Positions 48,349 through 61,385 of a stretch of 64,000 nt of DNA are shown here, in pieces. A program made the position numbers and the translations under genes. Below the pieces are notes generated by a model. That model made no database searches. It had not been told where the DNA came from and was given only the letters and a program-made list of their open reading frames with translations. Within the stretch, counting starts at the first letter, position 1. Every line of letters begins with the position of its first letter. The DNA comes from Octopus sinensis. Taxonomy: Eukaryota. Where the stretch lies: NCBI RefSeq assembly GCF_006345805.1, contig NC_043024.1, positions 14,880,001-14,944,000 on the forward strand, written 5' to 3'.

Positions 48349-50002
48349 ATTGCTGGATGCTATGCAGGCATCTTTACTGTCGAAGATCAAAATGTTCCAT
48401 CTCTCTCACCTCTGACACCGAACTCTATATCTACTATGAAATTTACACCAGCAATGCTACAACGCCACCTTAAGAATAAATGCAACTATGCCTCTCCTGG
48501 TCTCGATGGTGTTACATACCTACTTCTCAAACGCGGGGAGTACTTTCTTCTCAACCAACTTTCACTATTCTTCCAATTCTGTCTTGTCAATGGTGCTACT
48601 CCAGAGCAGTGGAAAACTGCCAGTGTTATCCCTCTGTTTAAAAAAGGTGACCGCACATCGCCTGTCAACTATCACCCTGTTAGTCTTTCTAGCTGCATCG
48701 CCAAACTGATGGAAGTCTCACAGCCTCATCCAGCCGTCATAATTTGGTTTTATTCCTAACTCCAGCTGCTGTAATCAACTTTGTGTTTCTTGAGGACATT
48801 ACCCAAATCACTGATCACGGATCCTGGGTGGATGTTGTTTACCTGGACTTTGCTAAGGCTTTTAATTCTGTGCAACACAAAAGACTTATGGTGAAACTCT
48901 CTGCAATGGGTGTAAAAGACGATCTCTATAACTGGTTGAAGTCCTTTATTATCGGCCTAAAAGAGGTTGTCACAGTTCTAGGACAGCACTCTTCACCCTA
49001 TGAGATGACATCTGGTGTACCACAGGGATCTGTTCTTGGCCCCCTTTTATTTGTTGCATATGTTAATGACATAGATGCCAACCTAAAGAATGCCACAGTG
49101 CTGAAATATGCAGATGACATCAAGCTGTACCTCAAAATAAAGAGGTCTGATCCTGTACACTATAGATCTCTATTGCAATCAGACCTGGACACAATGCAGC
49201 AGTGGATCATGGACTGGCAACTAAAGCTGGCTGTGGAATAATGTACCACCATGCATTTTGGGAGGAAAAACCCAGTGTCTACTTACTCCCTCCACAACAC
49301 TAATCTCAAAAAGTCTTCTTGTGAACATGATCTGGGCGTTATTGGCGACAGCGATTTGCGTTGGACAAAACACATCGCTAAAATTGCCAAGAAGGCTGAG
49401 GGTGTCTTGGCATCACTCACCAAGTCTTTTGTGAGCTGCTCTCTGGCTATATATCAGCGGCTTTATATAGCTATGGCATGCCTTACTTTCCTGGGTATGG
49501 ACACATTGAAACTCCGACATCTGGCAGTGGACTTGGCAGACACCCATAAAATTATTAACCATCTTACAAACAATGTTTGTAAGATGGTTACAAACCCCAT
49601 CACAGAGTGCAGAATGTGGCCATGTTTCCATGACTGTGATGAGCACCTTTTCAAACTCCACCTGTCTAACACCCGTGGACATATTTACAAAGTCACAAAA
49701 CAGCACAGCTCCCATGACTTTCGGAAACATTTTTTCACGCTAAGAGTTGCTGAAGCATGGAACAGACTGCCGGCATCAGTTGTTAGTTGTCGGAGCACTG
49801 CATCCTTCAAAACTTCCATGCTTCCTGAGATTCGCCAACACTACACCTGATTTTCCCCGCTCCATACACACGCAAGCATGTATCTGACTCATACACTGTT
49901 CACTTTCCAGACATTTGTACATTACTGCATATACTTTATCCGCACTTTCTAACAAGTTGTGGTGCACCTGAGCACTGTATACAATAATTTCATTATTATT
50001 AT
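48349..50002 (+). mobile_element. 5'-truncated, internally deleted CR1-clade LINE, present only in copy A
   Basis: SPGLDGV, WKTASVIPLFKKG, YLDFAKAF, GVPQGSVLGPLLF, YADD; (ATT)n tail; absent from B and C. Confidence 0.93.
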
Positions 50003-50701
50003 AAATTACACAAAAATGAAAATAACACTGACATCTCACTTTAACAGATGTCTCCTTCTCGGTGAATGCTGCCATAATCGTTGCCTTCAGTTTATCTTTG
50101 ATTGTTACAAGGAGTTTTGTCGGTCTCTTACTCAACTGTGCCCAACACATAATAATCAAGGGGGTTGCAGTGTGTGGAGTCAAGTGTCCAGATGTTAGGG
50201 GCGATGTGATTGTAAAAATTGTCTGACAGCCATGACTGGGTTCTCCTGCTTGTGTGGCACAGTGCAGTCCTGTTGCCAGACACAAGGTCTCCCAACAACC
50301 ACCCTTTTGATCCAGGCCAGCACTACCTCCTCCAGGCACTTGATATAGATCTTCGTATTGAGTTTGAGACCATGTGGGAAAGTGAATGGAGGAATAACGT
50401 CATCATCACTAGTGATTACTCCAAACACCATCATGTTGACTGGATGTTTGGTTTTTATCCCTTTCGTTACAAGTCCCCAGATTGATAAACAATCCGAAAT
50501 GTTCCGGCGAGTATGCCAACCAATACGGCATATCATTTCCAGAATTCTAAGAGAGTGAATTGCGTCATGGTCCTGTTTTTCCACACAGACGGTGACCAAT
50601 TGACCCCTATCATATTGCGTAGGGGAGAAAATCAAAAACAAGGAGCATCAGCGAAATAAAAAAAACCCATAAAATTGCGACAGTTTACCCGTAGCACCCT
50701 G
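50003..50701 (-). mobile_element. maT/DD37D-type Tc1-mariner relic in copy A, retaining part of the catalytic core
   Basis: KHPVNMMVFGVITSD...PPFTFPHGLKLNT..YIKCLEEVVL.WI..V..GRP.VWQQD; TIR cagggtgctacggg with TA at 50702. Confidence 0.8.
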
Positions 50702-51135
50702 TAGATGTATTCAAATTATAGATACGGACACATTATGTGATAAGGTAGTTAAAAACAATTACTACATTACCATCACTTGAAGCTCACTGTATATTTCTTC
50801 CAGAAGGCGTGACTAAGACGACGGCCCACAGCTTCTCCAAACACCGTCCGCTGCTCGGCTCTCTTTCTCTCTCCAGTTTCTTACTATTGGCAATATATTA
50901 ACAGTGTACATTTGTTTGTTTGTTTAACATTATATTCACGAATTAAAGTTAATCAGTTGCAAAGGATCGAAACAAAAGCCCTTCTTTTGGCGTCGATTCA
51001 TAAACGGGTGCAACGGACAGCGATAAGGGGGTGGAGACGGACTTCCGGTTGACCATGCGCATGACGACGTCCGGGAACGCAAACAAACACCGGTTGTCAA
51101 GCAGTGCTTGGTAACCAACACAAACATTCGCGGCC
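50702..51135 (-). promoter_or_regulatory. Candidate promoter and first-exon cassette for paralog A (a partial inverted copy at 51653-51802)
   Basis: CpG-rich patch with ACTTCCGG (ETS) at 51041-51048 and ATGCGCAT; near-identical to the B and C cassettes. Confidence 0.5.
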
Positions 51136-51347
51136 ATGCTGGAGTCTTTTATTTGTTCCAGTAATTTGACTGCGGCCATGCTGGAGTACCGTCTTTAGTC
51201 GAACAAATCGACCCTAGGATTTATTCTTTTTAAGCTTAGTAGTTATTCTGTCGGTCAATATTTCCGAACCGCTATATATGTGTGTGTTTATGTATGTGTA
51301 TACTTGTGTGTTTGTGTCTGCCGATTTGTTCGACTAAAGGCGGTACT

Positions 51348-51401
<54 letters not shown>

Positions 51402-51800
51402 GTATGTGTGTGTTTGTGAGAGAGAGAGTGTGTGTGTGTGTATGTATATACATGTGTGTTTGTGTCTGTCCCTCACCATCGCTTGACAACCGATGTTGGT
51501 GTGTTTACTTGATAGTTCGAAAAGATTGACCGATAAAAGAACCTCTGGGCTTACAAAGAATAAGTTCTAGGGTCGATTTGTTCGACTAAAGAGGGTACTC
51601 CAGCATGGCCGCAGTCAAATGACTGAAACAAATAAAAGACTCCAGCATTGTCGTGAATGTTTGTGTTGGTTACCAAGCACTGCTTGACAACCGGTGTTTG
51701 TTTGCGTTCCCGGAAGTCGTCATGCGCATGGTCAACCGGAAATCAGTATCCACCCCTTATCGCTGTCCGTTGCACCCGTTTATTAATCGACGCCAAAAGA

Positions 51801-52035
51801 AGGCGGCGTGCTGGCAGACTCGTTAGCGCGTCGGGCGAAATGCTTAGCGGTATTTCGTCTGTCGTTACGTTCTGAGTTCAAATTCTGCCGAGGTCGACTT
51901 TACCTTTCATCCTTTCGGGGTTGATAAATAAAGTACCAGTTTCGCACTGGGGGATGGATGTAATCGACTTAATCCGGTTGTCTGTCCTTGTTTCTCCCCT
52001 CTATGTTTAGCCCCTTGTGGATAGTAAAGAAATAA
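51801..52035 (+). mobile_element. SINE A at the A/B tandem-duplication junction
   Basis: Starts at aagg shared with the truncated cassette; followed by (TA)n. Confidence 0.85.
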
Positions 52036-52134
52036 TATATATATATATATATATATATACGGCTGGCTTCTTTCAGTTTATGCCTACTAAATCCACTCAC
52101 AAGGCTTTGGTCGAACCGAGGCTATAGAAGACAC

Positions 52135-53037
52135 GGATCTTTACACTTTGACCGGCAGATTTTTAAAATAATTTCTTTGTAACTAAACACTTTTAAACTT
52201 CGTATACTGGTAGGGTGTTACATAAAACATCTTTTTCTCTTGGCTTTCTTGAGAAAAATTTGTAGTTTGTAAGCTATTTCTTGCATTTCGGCAATTTCAA
52301 CCAATCAATGACGTCTGTTAAGGTGAATACAATATCTGCCGTATTTTGTCAACAGCATTTTCTGGTGATGTCATATGAATTTGTCACTGTTATTTATGAG
52401 AAAAAAGATACCCTGTGGTCATAAACAGAGTCACTCGTAAACAAAGCTGGATAACAAAACCGTTCTCTCTTTACTGTCCACCCATAATTATGACCCTAGT
52501 ATCGATATGTTGCATTTCAATCTGTTTTAGGATTAGGGCTAGAGTTAGGGTTAGAGGTGGGAGAAGGGTATCTTTTTTTCTTCAGAAATGTAAATAAACC
52601 CAATCTGTTTCTAAACGAATATATAATATGTAATGTGTGTATCTGTGCAACAGAGAGGGAAATTAAAACTGCGTATGTTGTGAACTTAGAATATGTGTTT
52701 ATTAATAAAAGTTTAATAACGATAATCTTTTATTCATACGAACGTAAATGATATGAAATATGTCATAAATAACAGTGACAAATTTATATGACACCACCAG
52801 AAAATGTTGTTGACAAAATACGTCAGATATCGTACTCACCTTAATAGACGTCATTGATTGGTTGAAATTGCCGAAATGCAAAAAATTAAACAACAAATAG
52901 CTTCCAAACTACAGAATTTTCTCAAGAAATCCAAGAGAAAAAGATGTTTTATGTAACACACTACCAGTATACGAAGTGTAAGTGTTTAGTTACAAAGAAA
53001 TTATTTAAAAAATCTGCTGGTCAAAGTGAAAAGATCC
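52135..53037. mobile_element. Complete non-autonomous DNA element with long TIRs starting GGATC, inserted in a SINE B
   Basis: ggatctttacactttgacc...ggtcaaagtgaaaagatcc; TSD gaagacac/aaagacac (7 of 8); the uninterrupted SINE is in copy A near 44165. Confidence 0.85.
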
Positions 53038-55608
53038 AAAGACACTTGCCCAAGGTGCACAAAGATGAACGGAACCTAGAATCATGTAGTTGGGAAGGAA
53101 GCGTCTTTATTTCTGTTAAATTGCCAGACTAATCCTTTTTCCCCTTTCTCCATCACTTAGTGACATCATTCTCTCTGCCATACATTCGTAACCTTTTTCA
53201 CCTGTGTGGAGGGGGTCTTCTAAATTTTGTGGTGTCTGTTCTTTCTTTTTTTCTTGTGGGGGGAAACGGGATGGGTGTGTTTTGTGTCTGGAGGGTGGGT
53301 CTGAGTGGTCTTGGGTGGGATGGAATGGACTAGGGTACCACATCATACTCAGTGTTTTTTCTTTTTTTTTCTCTTTCTCTTCTGCTCTCTGTAACTTTCC
53401 ATTCTTCCTCTCTTTTCTCTTCCGTCTCCACAACTGTATCCTCAACCATTGTCCTCCGTAGAGGGCAGTATGCTCTAATGTGGCCCTTTTGGCCACATTT
53501 AAAACAACGTGGTACTCTGCCCTCTACCCACACCTTCAGCTCAATTTCCCCCAACGTTACTGTCTCTGCCAAGTTCTCCAGTAGACCCTCCTCCACCCGA
53601 ATAATGATTTCAAGTGTCCTTCCTTTCCACCCTTCTTCTTCCACTTCTGTGGTTTGGAGGACAGCTACCTTGTCGTTTCCAACAAGGACAGCTGCTGCTA
53701 CACAAAACGCTTTTATATCCAATGGAATTGCTTCTACCCTCACCTTGGAAGTCTTTCTTCCAAGGTACGTGGGCAGAAGCACTACTTCCTGTTTTCATTG
53801 CCACACTCGCCTCTTCTACTGTCCTAAAATGGACAACCATTGTCCCATACGTTCTTCATTTCGTTATGTACATTATCTCCTTTGACTGTTCCCGCAGAAC
53901 CTTTTTTCCTTTTCACGAGTACACCTTATAGGTGATCATTTTTTCTCCATCGTCTCCATAATTCCTTTGGGGAGCAATAACTTCATATCGTCTCCCTCCT
54001 TCTGAGCCATCTTCTCATACTCCTTCAGACCAGCCAAATCTAGCGCCCTTCGCTTCACCTCCGTGGCTTCTGCAAAACTCCTTGTCTTCAACAAGCCATC
54101 CATCTTTATGACTGCCCTTACCAGCTCCTCCTCTGACAACTCAGACCCGTCAACGTCTGAGTACATCTTCTAAACACAAAAAACTACATCCGACTCTTAC
54201 AAAATCCAGACAGCTGATAACCTGACACATGCATGGAAGCAAGCTCCTGACCACACTGCCCCTACATACACATATCTATAGCTGGTAGGTATATTGTATT
54301 TCGATTTGCAATCATAATTTACTATTAAGAATATTAAGGGTTTGTAAGTCCGTATCGTATCCTACTTCAGTGTTAGCAGTGCATTATTTTCGTTTTTCAG
54401 TTCATCTCAACTGATTATCACAAGGAAACAATGTTTTTGTTGTGTTAATAGCAATTTCCATCTACCAAATTCACTCAAGGCTGTGGTAAGCCTCAGGCCA
54501 GAAAAGAAACCCCTTGCCCAAAGTGCTGTGTAGTAGAACAGTGCTTAAGACCCCATGGTTAGCAACCAAGCTTCACAACCACACAGACGGAATATATAGA
54601 TGCGTTAATGGAGCAAGCTGAATTCACATCTGAAGTTAGTTTTCCTCTGAAATCTCTAGATTTTATGCAATTCAACTCACTCTTTCTTCTAGAAATTTGG
54701 GTACATCTCACATGAGGATATGGACACACAGTCTTAACATTAGACTCAAAATAACCACCTGATGCTTACTGATGGGGAAACTACATTTGAAAAAAGTGTT
54801 GTTCTCGTTTTTCAGTGGCAATACATTTCTCAGCTTTTTACCTGCAATAAAATTTCCCTTCTGAAAATATATTACACGGAATCATGTGTGTTCATCATTC
54901 TGACATCCATCTGATCCTGCAAAGTATAGACTTTGCAGGATGAGATGGGGTTTCAATGAAGATTTTCTACAGCACTATGACTTTCTTGTTGTCATCCCTC
55001 ACTTGTTCCCAAGTAAGGTAATATATACTCATGACCAGACATTTGGAAATAAATAATACTGTTTGTGTGAGGGTAATATTGAGACAAACACACACACATT
55101 CACATGACAAGGTTCTTCCAGTTTCTGTCTACCAAATTCACTCACAAGGCTTTGGTCAGCCCAGAGTGCTGTGCAGTGGAACTGAACTTGAGACCACATG
55201 GTTAGCAGGCAAGCTTCACAACCACACAGACTCTACATTAGAAGGAATATATATGAAGATTCTGAAAGAATGTATTATTGAAAATATCAGTTATAATTTA
55301 TTGCATTAAAGTGGACATAGATATGGTTATACAAAGTGTCTGAAGATTGCTGTATCTTCTTTGTCAAACAAATACACCGATGGTTAATAACATGAGATTT
55401 ATTTATGGAAGATTTTTGACATTATATGGTTAATCTTCTGTATGAATATATACAGGTGTAGCTAAGTGGCTGCTTTGAGAGAATACTTTACCATGGATGG
55501 GGTTACATTCATGATATTCTCTTCTCTCTGAGTCTACATGTGGATTATTCAAGAGACTTCCCTTCAAAATATGATTCATTAAGTATTGATGAATACACCT
55601 GTGTCCAA

Positions 55609-56268
55609 TCAAGTTACGATAGATATTGATTTGCCACAGGTGTCACAATGATATGGATTGTTTCCTGTATGAATGAGTTTGTGTCTATTTAAGCTACCTA
55701 CCTGAGAGAATGATTTACCACAGATATCACATTTAAAAGGTTTGATTCCTGAATGGCGACGCTTATGCTTAGTTAAGGTACTTCCTTCCGAGAAAGATTT
55801 ACCACAGACATCACAGTGATATGGCTTTTTTCCTGTATGAATGTTGTTATGAGTGGTCAAGTGGCTTTTTCTAGAGAATGATTTATCACAGACATCACAG
55901 TGAAATGGCTTCTCTCCTGTATGAAAGTACTTGTGTTCGGTTAAGTTACATTTTTGATAGAATGTTTTGCCACAAATATCACAAAGATATGGTTTTTCTC
56001 CTGTATGTGTACGATTGTGAGTTGTCAAGTGACTTCTTTCAGAGTATGATTTATCACAGATATCACAGTGATATGGTTTCTCACCTGTATGTACGCGTAT
56101 GTGTCTAATTAAGAGATTATTTTCAGAAAAGGTTTTACCACAAATATCACAACGATGTGGCTTTGCTACTTTGGGAGTTCGTCTGGGAGTCAAGATGTTA
56201 CGTTTTCGAGAGGATGACTTTTCACAGATATCACTACTGTCTGTTGATTTCCCTGTCTCTTCTGCCAT
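55609..56268 (-). CDS. C2H2 zinc-finger protein, paralog B, 219 aa: 6 intact fingers plus a truncated 7th
   Basis: Colinear with A; about 18 amino-acid differences counted by eye. Confidence 0.9.
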   Translation of the reverse strand: MAEETGKSTDSSDICEKSSSRKRNILTPRRTPKVAKPHRCDICGKTFSENNLLIRHIRVHTGEKPYHCDICDKSYSERSHLTTHNRTHTGEKPYLCDICGKTFYQKCNLTEHKYFHTGEKPFHCDVCDKSFSRKSHLTTHNNIHTGKKPYHCDVCGKSFSEGSTLTKHKRRHSGIKPFKCDICGKSFSQVGSLNRHKLIHTGNNPYHCDTCGKSISIVT

Positions 56269-56733
56269 CTCTTGAGGAAAATAAACTCAATCCTTTCACT
56301 TTCTCACATAATTTTTAAATAATTTCTCCTCTATCACAACTATATATATACAGTTGTACTTATAGTTTAATCATACATATTTTACCACCTATATTTCCAT
56401 CTGCAGTGATCTTTGTTGATATCTAAAGATGCTGCAAATTCATTCAACTTAAATTGGAATCCAAAAATCTTGCACACATTCCAAACAGTGATGTTTGAGA
56501 ATTTTTGTTTACAAAAGAAATTTCAATAGAATTCCTCAAAGATTTATGTAAATCCATGCATCCGTTCTATCTGTTCTGAATACTATCTTCCAGGATACTG
56601 AAGTGAAATATTCTCTCTGTCAATGTCATCTGAGGTTCTGAAATAAAAGAGAAACGGAATAAGATATATAGCATACTTAAGAAGATGAGATAAAAACAGT
56701 GAGAATTCTAGGTTTCAGTCATTGGAATGTGAC

Positions 56734-56955
56734 TGTTATGTGTGGTTTGTGTTCTAATGGGAAAGACAACCAAATGAAAACCATTGTTATTGTTTACGTA
56801 TTTTATTGACTATTACATGATACACGGACGACACATATTACAGTGTAGTAATACATTGTATACTTTACACACAGTTTGTACTATTCACTACAAAATAGTG
56901 CCAAGAGTGGGGAGTAGTTTGGCATACACAAACACACAGATATGAATGTGTAACA
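56734..56955. mobile_element. Solo LTR, 222 bp, present only in copy B
   Basis: TGTTA...TAACA termini; 5-bp TSD GTGAC at 56729-56733 and 56956-56960; empty site in A, C and D. Confidence 0.82.
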
Positions 56956-57693
56956 GTGACCTTACTGACCTAATCAAAGCCATGTGAGTGGATTTAATAG
57001 ATGGAAACTGAATGAAGCCTGTCGTCTGAGAAATAGCTGTGTGTGTGTGTGTATGTATGTATGTGTGTGAAGCAAAGAAGGGAATGTGGGAAAATATATC
57101 AAGAGTTGGCATCAAGAGTTATACAATCCTCCAAACAGGACATCATTGCATTGTTCTAAAGGCCCTATCCATCCCATCAATAATAAGGACCAGATACAGC
57201 AGTACCTTGAGATTTGAAAGCCCCCAGTTATTAAATATCTTGCCAAGAAAAACCTTGTTGATCTACATGCAGTAGCAGCAGTAGATATTTTCAAGAAAAA
57301 CCTTGAGCTTCTGCAGTCCAAGATCCCAGATGAAGCTACATTAGGACAAGGGCAGCAATATCAAACTCACCCTTTCACTGAATAGGTGATGATACTGGTG
57401 GTGACCCAGCATGGTTGCAGCCCGTAGACTTAACCACATAAAATGTGTGTGTTTCCAGGTGGTGTGTAATGCTCATGAGCAAAAGACTTCTTTTCACTTT
57501 GCTCCAGTTCACTCATCTGCAAATGGATAAACCAGCAACAAAATAGCTTTCTGTTCAGAGGGAATGCTAGCCTGCCCACCTGCCCAGACAACAGGGTGGG
57601 TGGCATAATTCGAAAGCTACAACAGTGGAAGAAAGCGCAGTGTAACAAGCGGTGTATAACAACATCCAATGCTGCAGTCGATACAGCGATATA

Positions 57694-58378
57694 CAGGGTG
57701 CAGTGAATAAAATGCCATCTAAATTACACAAAAATGAAAATAACACTGACATCTCATTTTAACAGATATATTTACCAAAATTACATAAACATGTCTTGAA
57801 ATACTAAAGAGTAAATTATTCAATGAAATCGCCAGTGGCTTTCACCACGGCCTCCAGATGACTTCAGAATCCCCTGCAATTCTTCTTAACTGTCTCCTTG
57901 TTCAAGTTGGTGAATGCTGCCATAATCGTTGCCTTCAGTTCATCTTTGATTGTTACAAGGAGTTTTGTCGGTCTCTTACTCCACTGTGCCCAACACAAAA
58001 TAATCAAGGGTGTTGCAGTGTGTGGAGTCAAGTGTCCAGATGCTGTGTCCTCACACATACTCAGAGGAACAAGCATGCACGCACAACCCATTAGCTTCCT
58101 CTTCGCAACTGACAGTTGACAAGACAATATGTGGTCACGGACATCACCGAATTCACTGTTTACATAATTTCGAGTCAAAACGAAAGGTCGCCGCCAACCG
58201 GTACAGCATGTCGTTTCCAGAATTCTAGGAGAGTCAACTGCGTCATGGTCCTGTTCTTCCACACTGACGGTGACCAACTGACCCCTATCATATTGTGGAG
58301 AAGGCAAAATCAAAAACAAGGCCCATCAGCGAAATAAAAAAACCCATAAAATTGCGACAGTTTACCCGTAGCACCCTG
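57694..58378 (-). mobile_element. Internally deleted maT/DD37D element in copy B
   Basis: TIRs cagggtgc with TA flanks; C-terminal TKDELKATIMAAFTNLNKETV. Confidence 0.85.
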
Positions 58379-58822
58379 TAGATGTATTCAAATTATAGAT
58401 ACGGACACATTATGTGATAAGGTAGGTAAAAACAATTACTACATTACCATCACTTGAAGCTCACTGTATATTTCTTCCAGAAGGCGTGACTAAGACGACG
58501 GCCCACAGCTTCTCCAAACACCGTCCGCCGCTCGGCTCTCTTTCTCTCTCCAGTTTCTTACTATTGGCAAATATATTAACAGTGTACATTTGTTTGTTTG
58601 TTTAACATTATATTCACGAATTAAAGTTAATCAGTGGCAAAGGATCGAAACAAAAGCCCTTCTTTTGGCGTCGATTCATAAACGGGTGCAACGGACAGCG
58701 ATAAGGGGGTGGAGACGGACTTCCGGTTGTCCATGCGCATGACGTCTTCCGGGAACGCAAACAAACACCGGTTGTCAAGCAGTGCTTGGTAACCAACACA
58801 AACATTCACGGAAACGAAACAT

Positions 58823-58871
<49 letters not shown>

Positions 58872-59461
58872 CTTGTGTGTTTGTGTCTGTCCCTCACCAT
58901 CGCTTGACAATCGACGTTGGTGTGTTTACTTGATGGTTCGAAAAAATTGACCGATAAAAGAACCTCTGGGCTTACAAACAATAAGTCCTAGGGTAGATTC
59001 GTTCGACTAAAGAGGGTACTCCAGCATGGCCGTGAATGTTTGTGTTGGTTACCAAGCACTGCTTGACAACCGGTGTTTGTTTGCGTTCCCGGACGTCGTC
59101 ATGCGCATGGTCAACCGGAAGTCCGTCTCCACCCCTTATCGCTGTCCGTTGCACCCGTTTATGAATCGACGCCAAAAGAAGGGCTTTTGTTTCGATCCTT
59201 TGCAACTGATTAACTTTAATTCGTGAATATAATGTTAAACAAACAAACAAATGTACACTGTTAATATATTTGCCAATAGTAAGAAACTGGAGAGAGAAAG
59301 AGAGCCGAGCGGCGGACGGTGTTTGGAGAAGCTGTGGGCCGTCGTCTTAGTCACGCCTTCTGGAAGAAATATACAGTGAGCTTCAAGTGATGGTAATGTA
59401 GTAATTGTTTTTACCTACCTTATCACATAATGTTTCCGTATTTATAATTTGAATACATCTA
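58379..59461. promoter_or_regulatory. Palindrome centre: two divergent promoter-like cassettes (58379-58810 -, 59030-59461 +) around a ~220-bp SINE/microsatellite spacer
   Basis: ETS sites at 58719-58726 and 59115-59122, ATGCGCAT cores, candidate donor GTAATG at 59393. Confidence 0.55.
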
Positions 59462-60135
59462 CAGGGTGCTACGGGTAAACTGTCGCAATTTTATGGTTTT
59501 TTATTTCGCTGATGGGCCTTGTTTTTGATTTTCTCCCCTACGCAATATGATAGGGGTCAGTTGGTCAACGTCTGTGTGGAAAAACAGGACCATGATGCAA
59601 TTCAGTTTCTCAGAAGTTTGGAAACGACATGCTGTACCGGTTGGCGGCGACCTTTCGTTTTGACTCGAAAATATGTAAACAGTGAAATCGGTGGTGTCCG
59701 TGACCACATATTGTCTTGTCAACTGTCAGTTGCGAAGAGGAAGCTAATGGGTTGTGCGTGCATGCTTGTTCCTCTGTGTATGTGTGTGTGTGGACACTTG
59801 ACTCCACACACTGCAACCCCCTTGATTATTAGGAGTTGGGCACAGTTGAGTAAGAGACCGACAAAACTCCTTGTAACAATCAAAGACGAACTGAAGGCAA
59901 CGATTATGGCAGCATTCACCAACTTGAACAAGGATACAGTCCAGAAGAATTGCAGGGGATTCTGAAGTCATCTGGAGGCCGTGGTGAAAGCCAATGGCGA
60001 TTTCATTGAATAATTTACTCTTTAGTATTTCAAGACATGTTTATGTAATTTTAGTAAATATATCTGTTAAAATGAGATGTCAGTGTTATTTTCATTTTTG
60101 TGTAATTTAGATGGCATTTTATTCACTGCACCCTG
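59462..60135 (+). mobile_element. Internally deleted maT/DD37D element in copy C
   Basis: TIRs and TA flanks; same internal structure as in B. Confidence 0.85.
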
Positions 60136-60798
60136 TATATCGCTGTATCGACTGCAGCATTGGATGTTGTTATACACCGCTTGTTACACTGCGCTTTCTT
60201 CCACTGTTGTAGCTTTCGAATTATGCCACCCACCCTGTTGTCTGGGCAGGTAAGTTAGCATTCCTCTGAACAGAAAGCTATTGTTGCTGGTTTATCCATT
60301 TGCAGATGAGTGAACTGGAGCAAAGTGAAAAGAAGTCTTTTGCTCATGAGCATTACACATCCACACAGTGGGAACAAATGGAACACACATTTTATGTGGT
60401 TAAGTTACAGGCTGCAACCATGCTGGGTCACCACCAGTATCATCACCTATTCAGTGAAAGGGTGAGTTTGATATTGCAGCCCTTGTTTGTATTGTATGTC
60501 ATGATGTCAGTTCATCTGGGATCTTGGACTGCAGAAGCTCAAGGTGTTTCCCTAAAATATCTGCTGCTGCAACATGTGAATCTCTAAGGTTTTTCTTGGC
60601 AAGATTTTTAATAACTGGGGGCCTTCGTATCCCGAGATATTGCTCTATCTGGTCCTTATTCTTCACAGGATGGGTGGGACCTTTGGAACAATGCAATGAT
60701 GTCCTGTTTGGAGGATTGTATAACTCTTGATGCCAAAGTTTAGTGTCAGCCCTTCTAGGATTTTCCCACATTCCCATCTTTGCTCTACACACACATTG

Positions 60799-60830
<32 letters not shown>

Positions 60831-61385
60831 ATATGCACACACACAGCTATTTGACACACTTCTTTAATTTTCCATCTATTAAATCCACTCACATGGCTGT
60901 GATTAGATCAGGATGGCCACATTCCAATGACTGAAACCTAGAATTCTCACTGTTTTTATCTCATCTTCTTAAGTATGCTATATATCTTATTCTATTTCTC
61001 TTTCATTTCAGAAACTCAGATAACATTGACAGAGAGAATATTTCACTTTGGTATCCTGGAAGATAGTATTCAGAACAGATAGAACGGATGCATGGATTTA
61101 CAGAAATCTTTGAGGAATTCTATTGAAATTTCTTTTGTAAACAAAATTTCTCAAACATCACTGTTTGGAATGCGTGCAAGATTTTTGGATTCCAATTAAA
61201 GTTGAATGAATTTGCATCATCTTTAGATATCAACAAAGATCACTGCAGATTGAAATATAGGTGGTAAAATATTTGTGATTAAACTATAAATACAACTATA
61301 TATATATCTATAGTTTTGATAGAGGAGAAATTATTTAAAAATCTATTCGAGAAAGTGAAAGGACGGAGTTCATTTTCCTCAAGAG

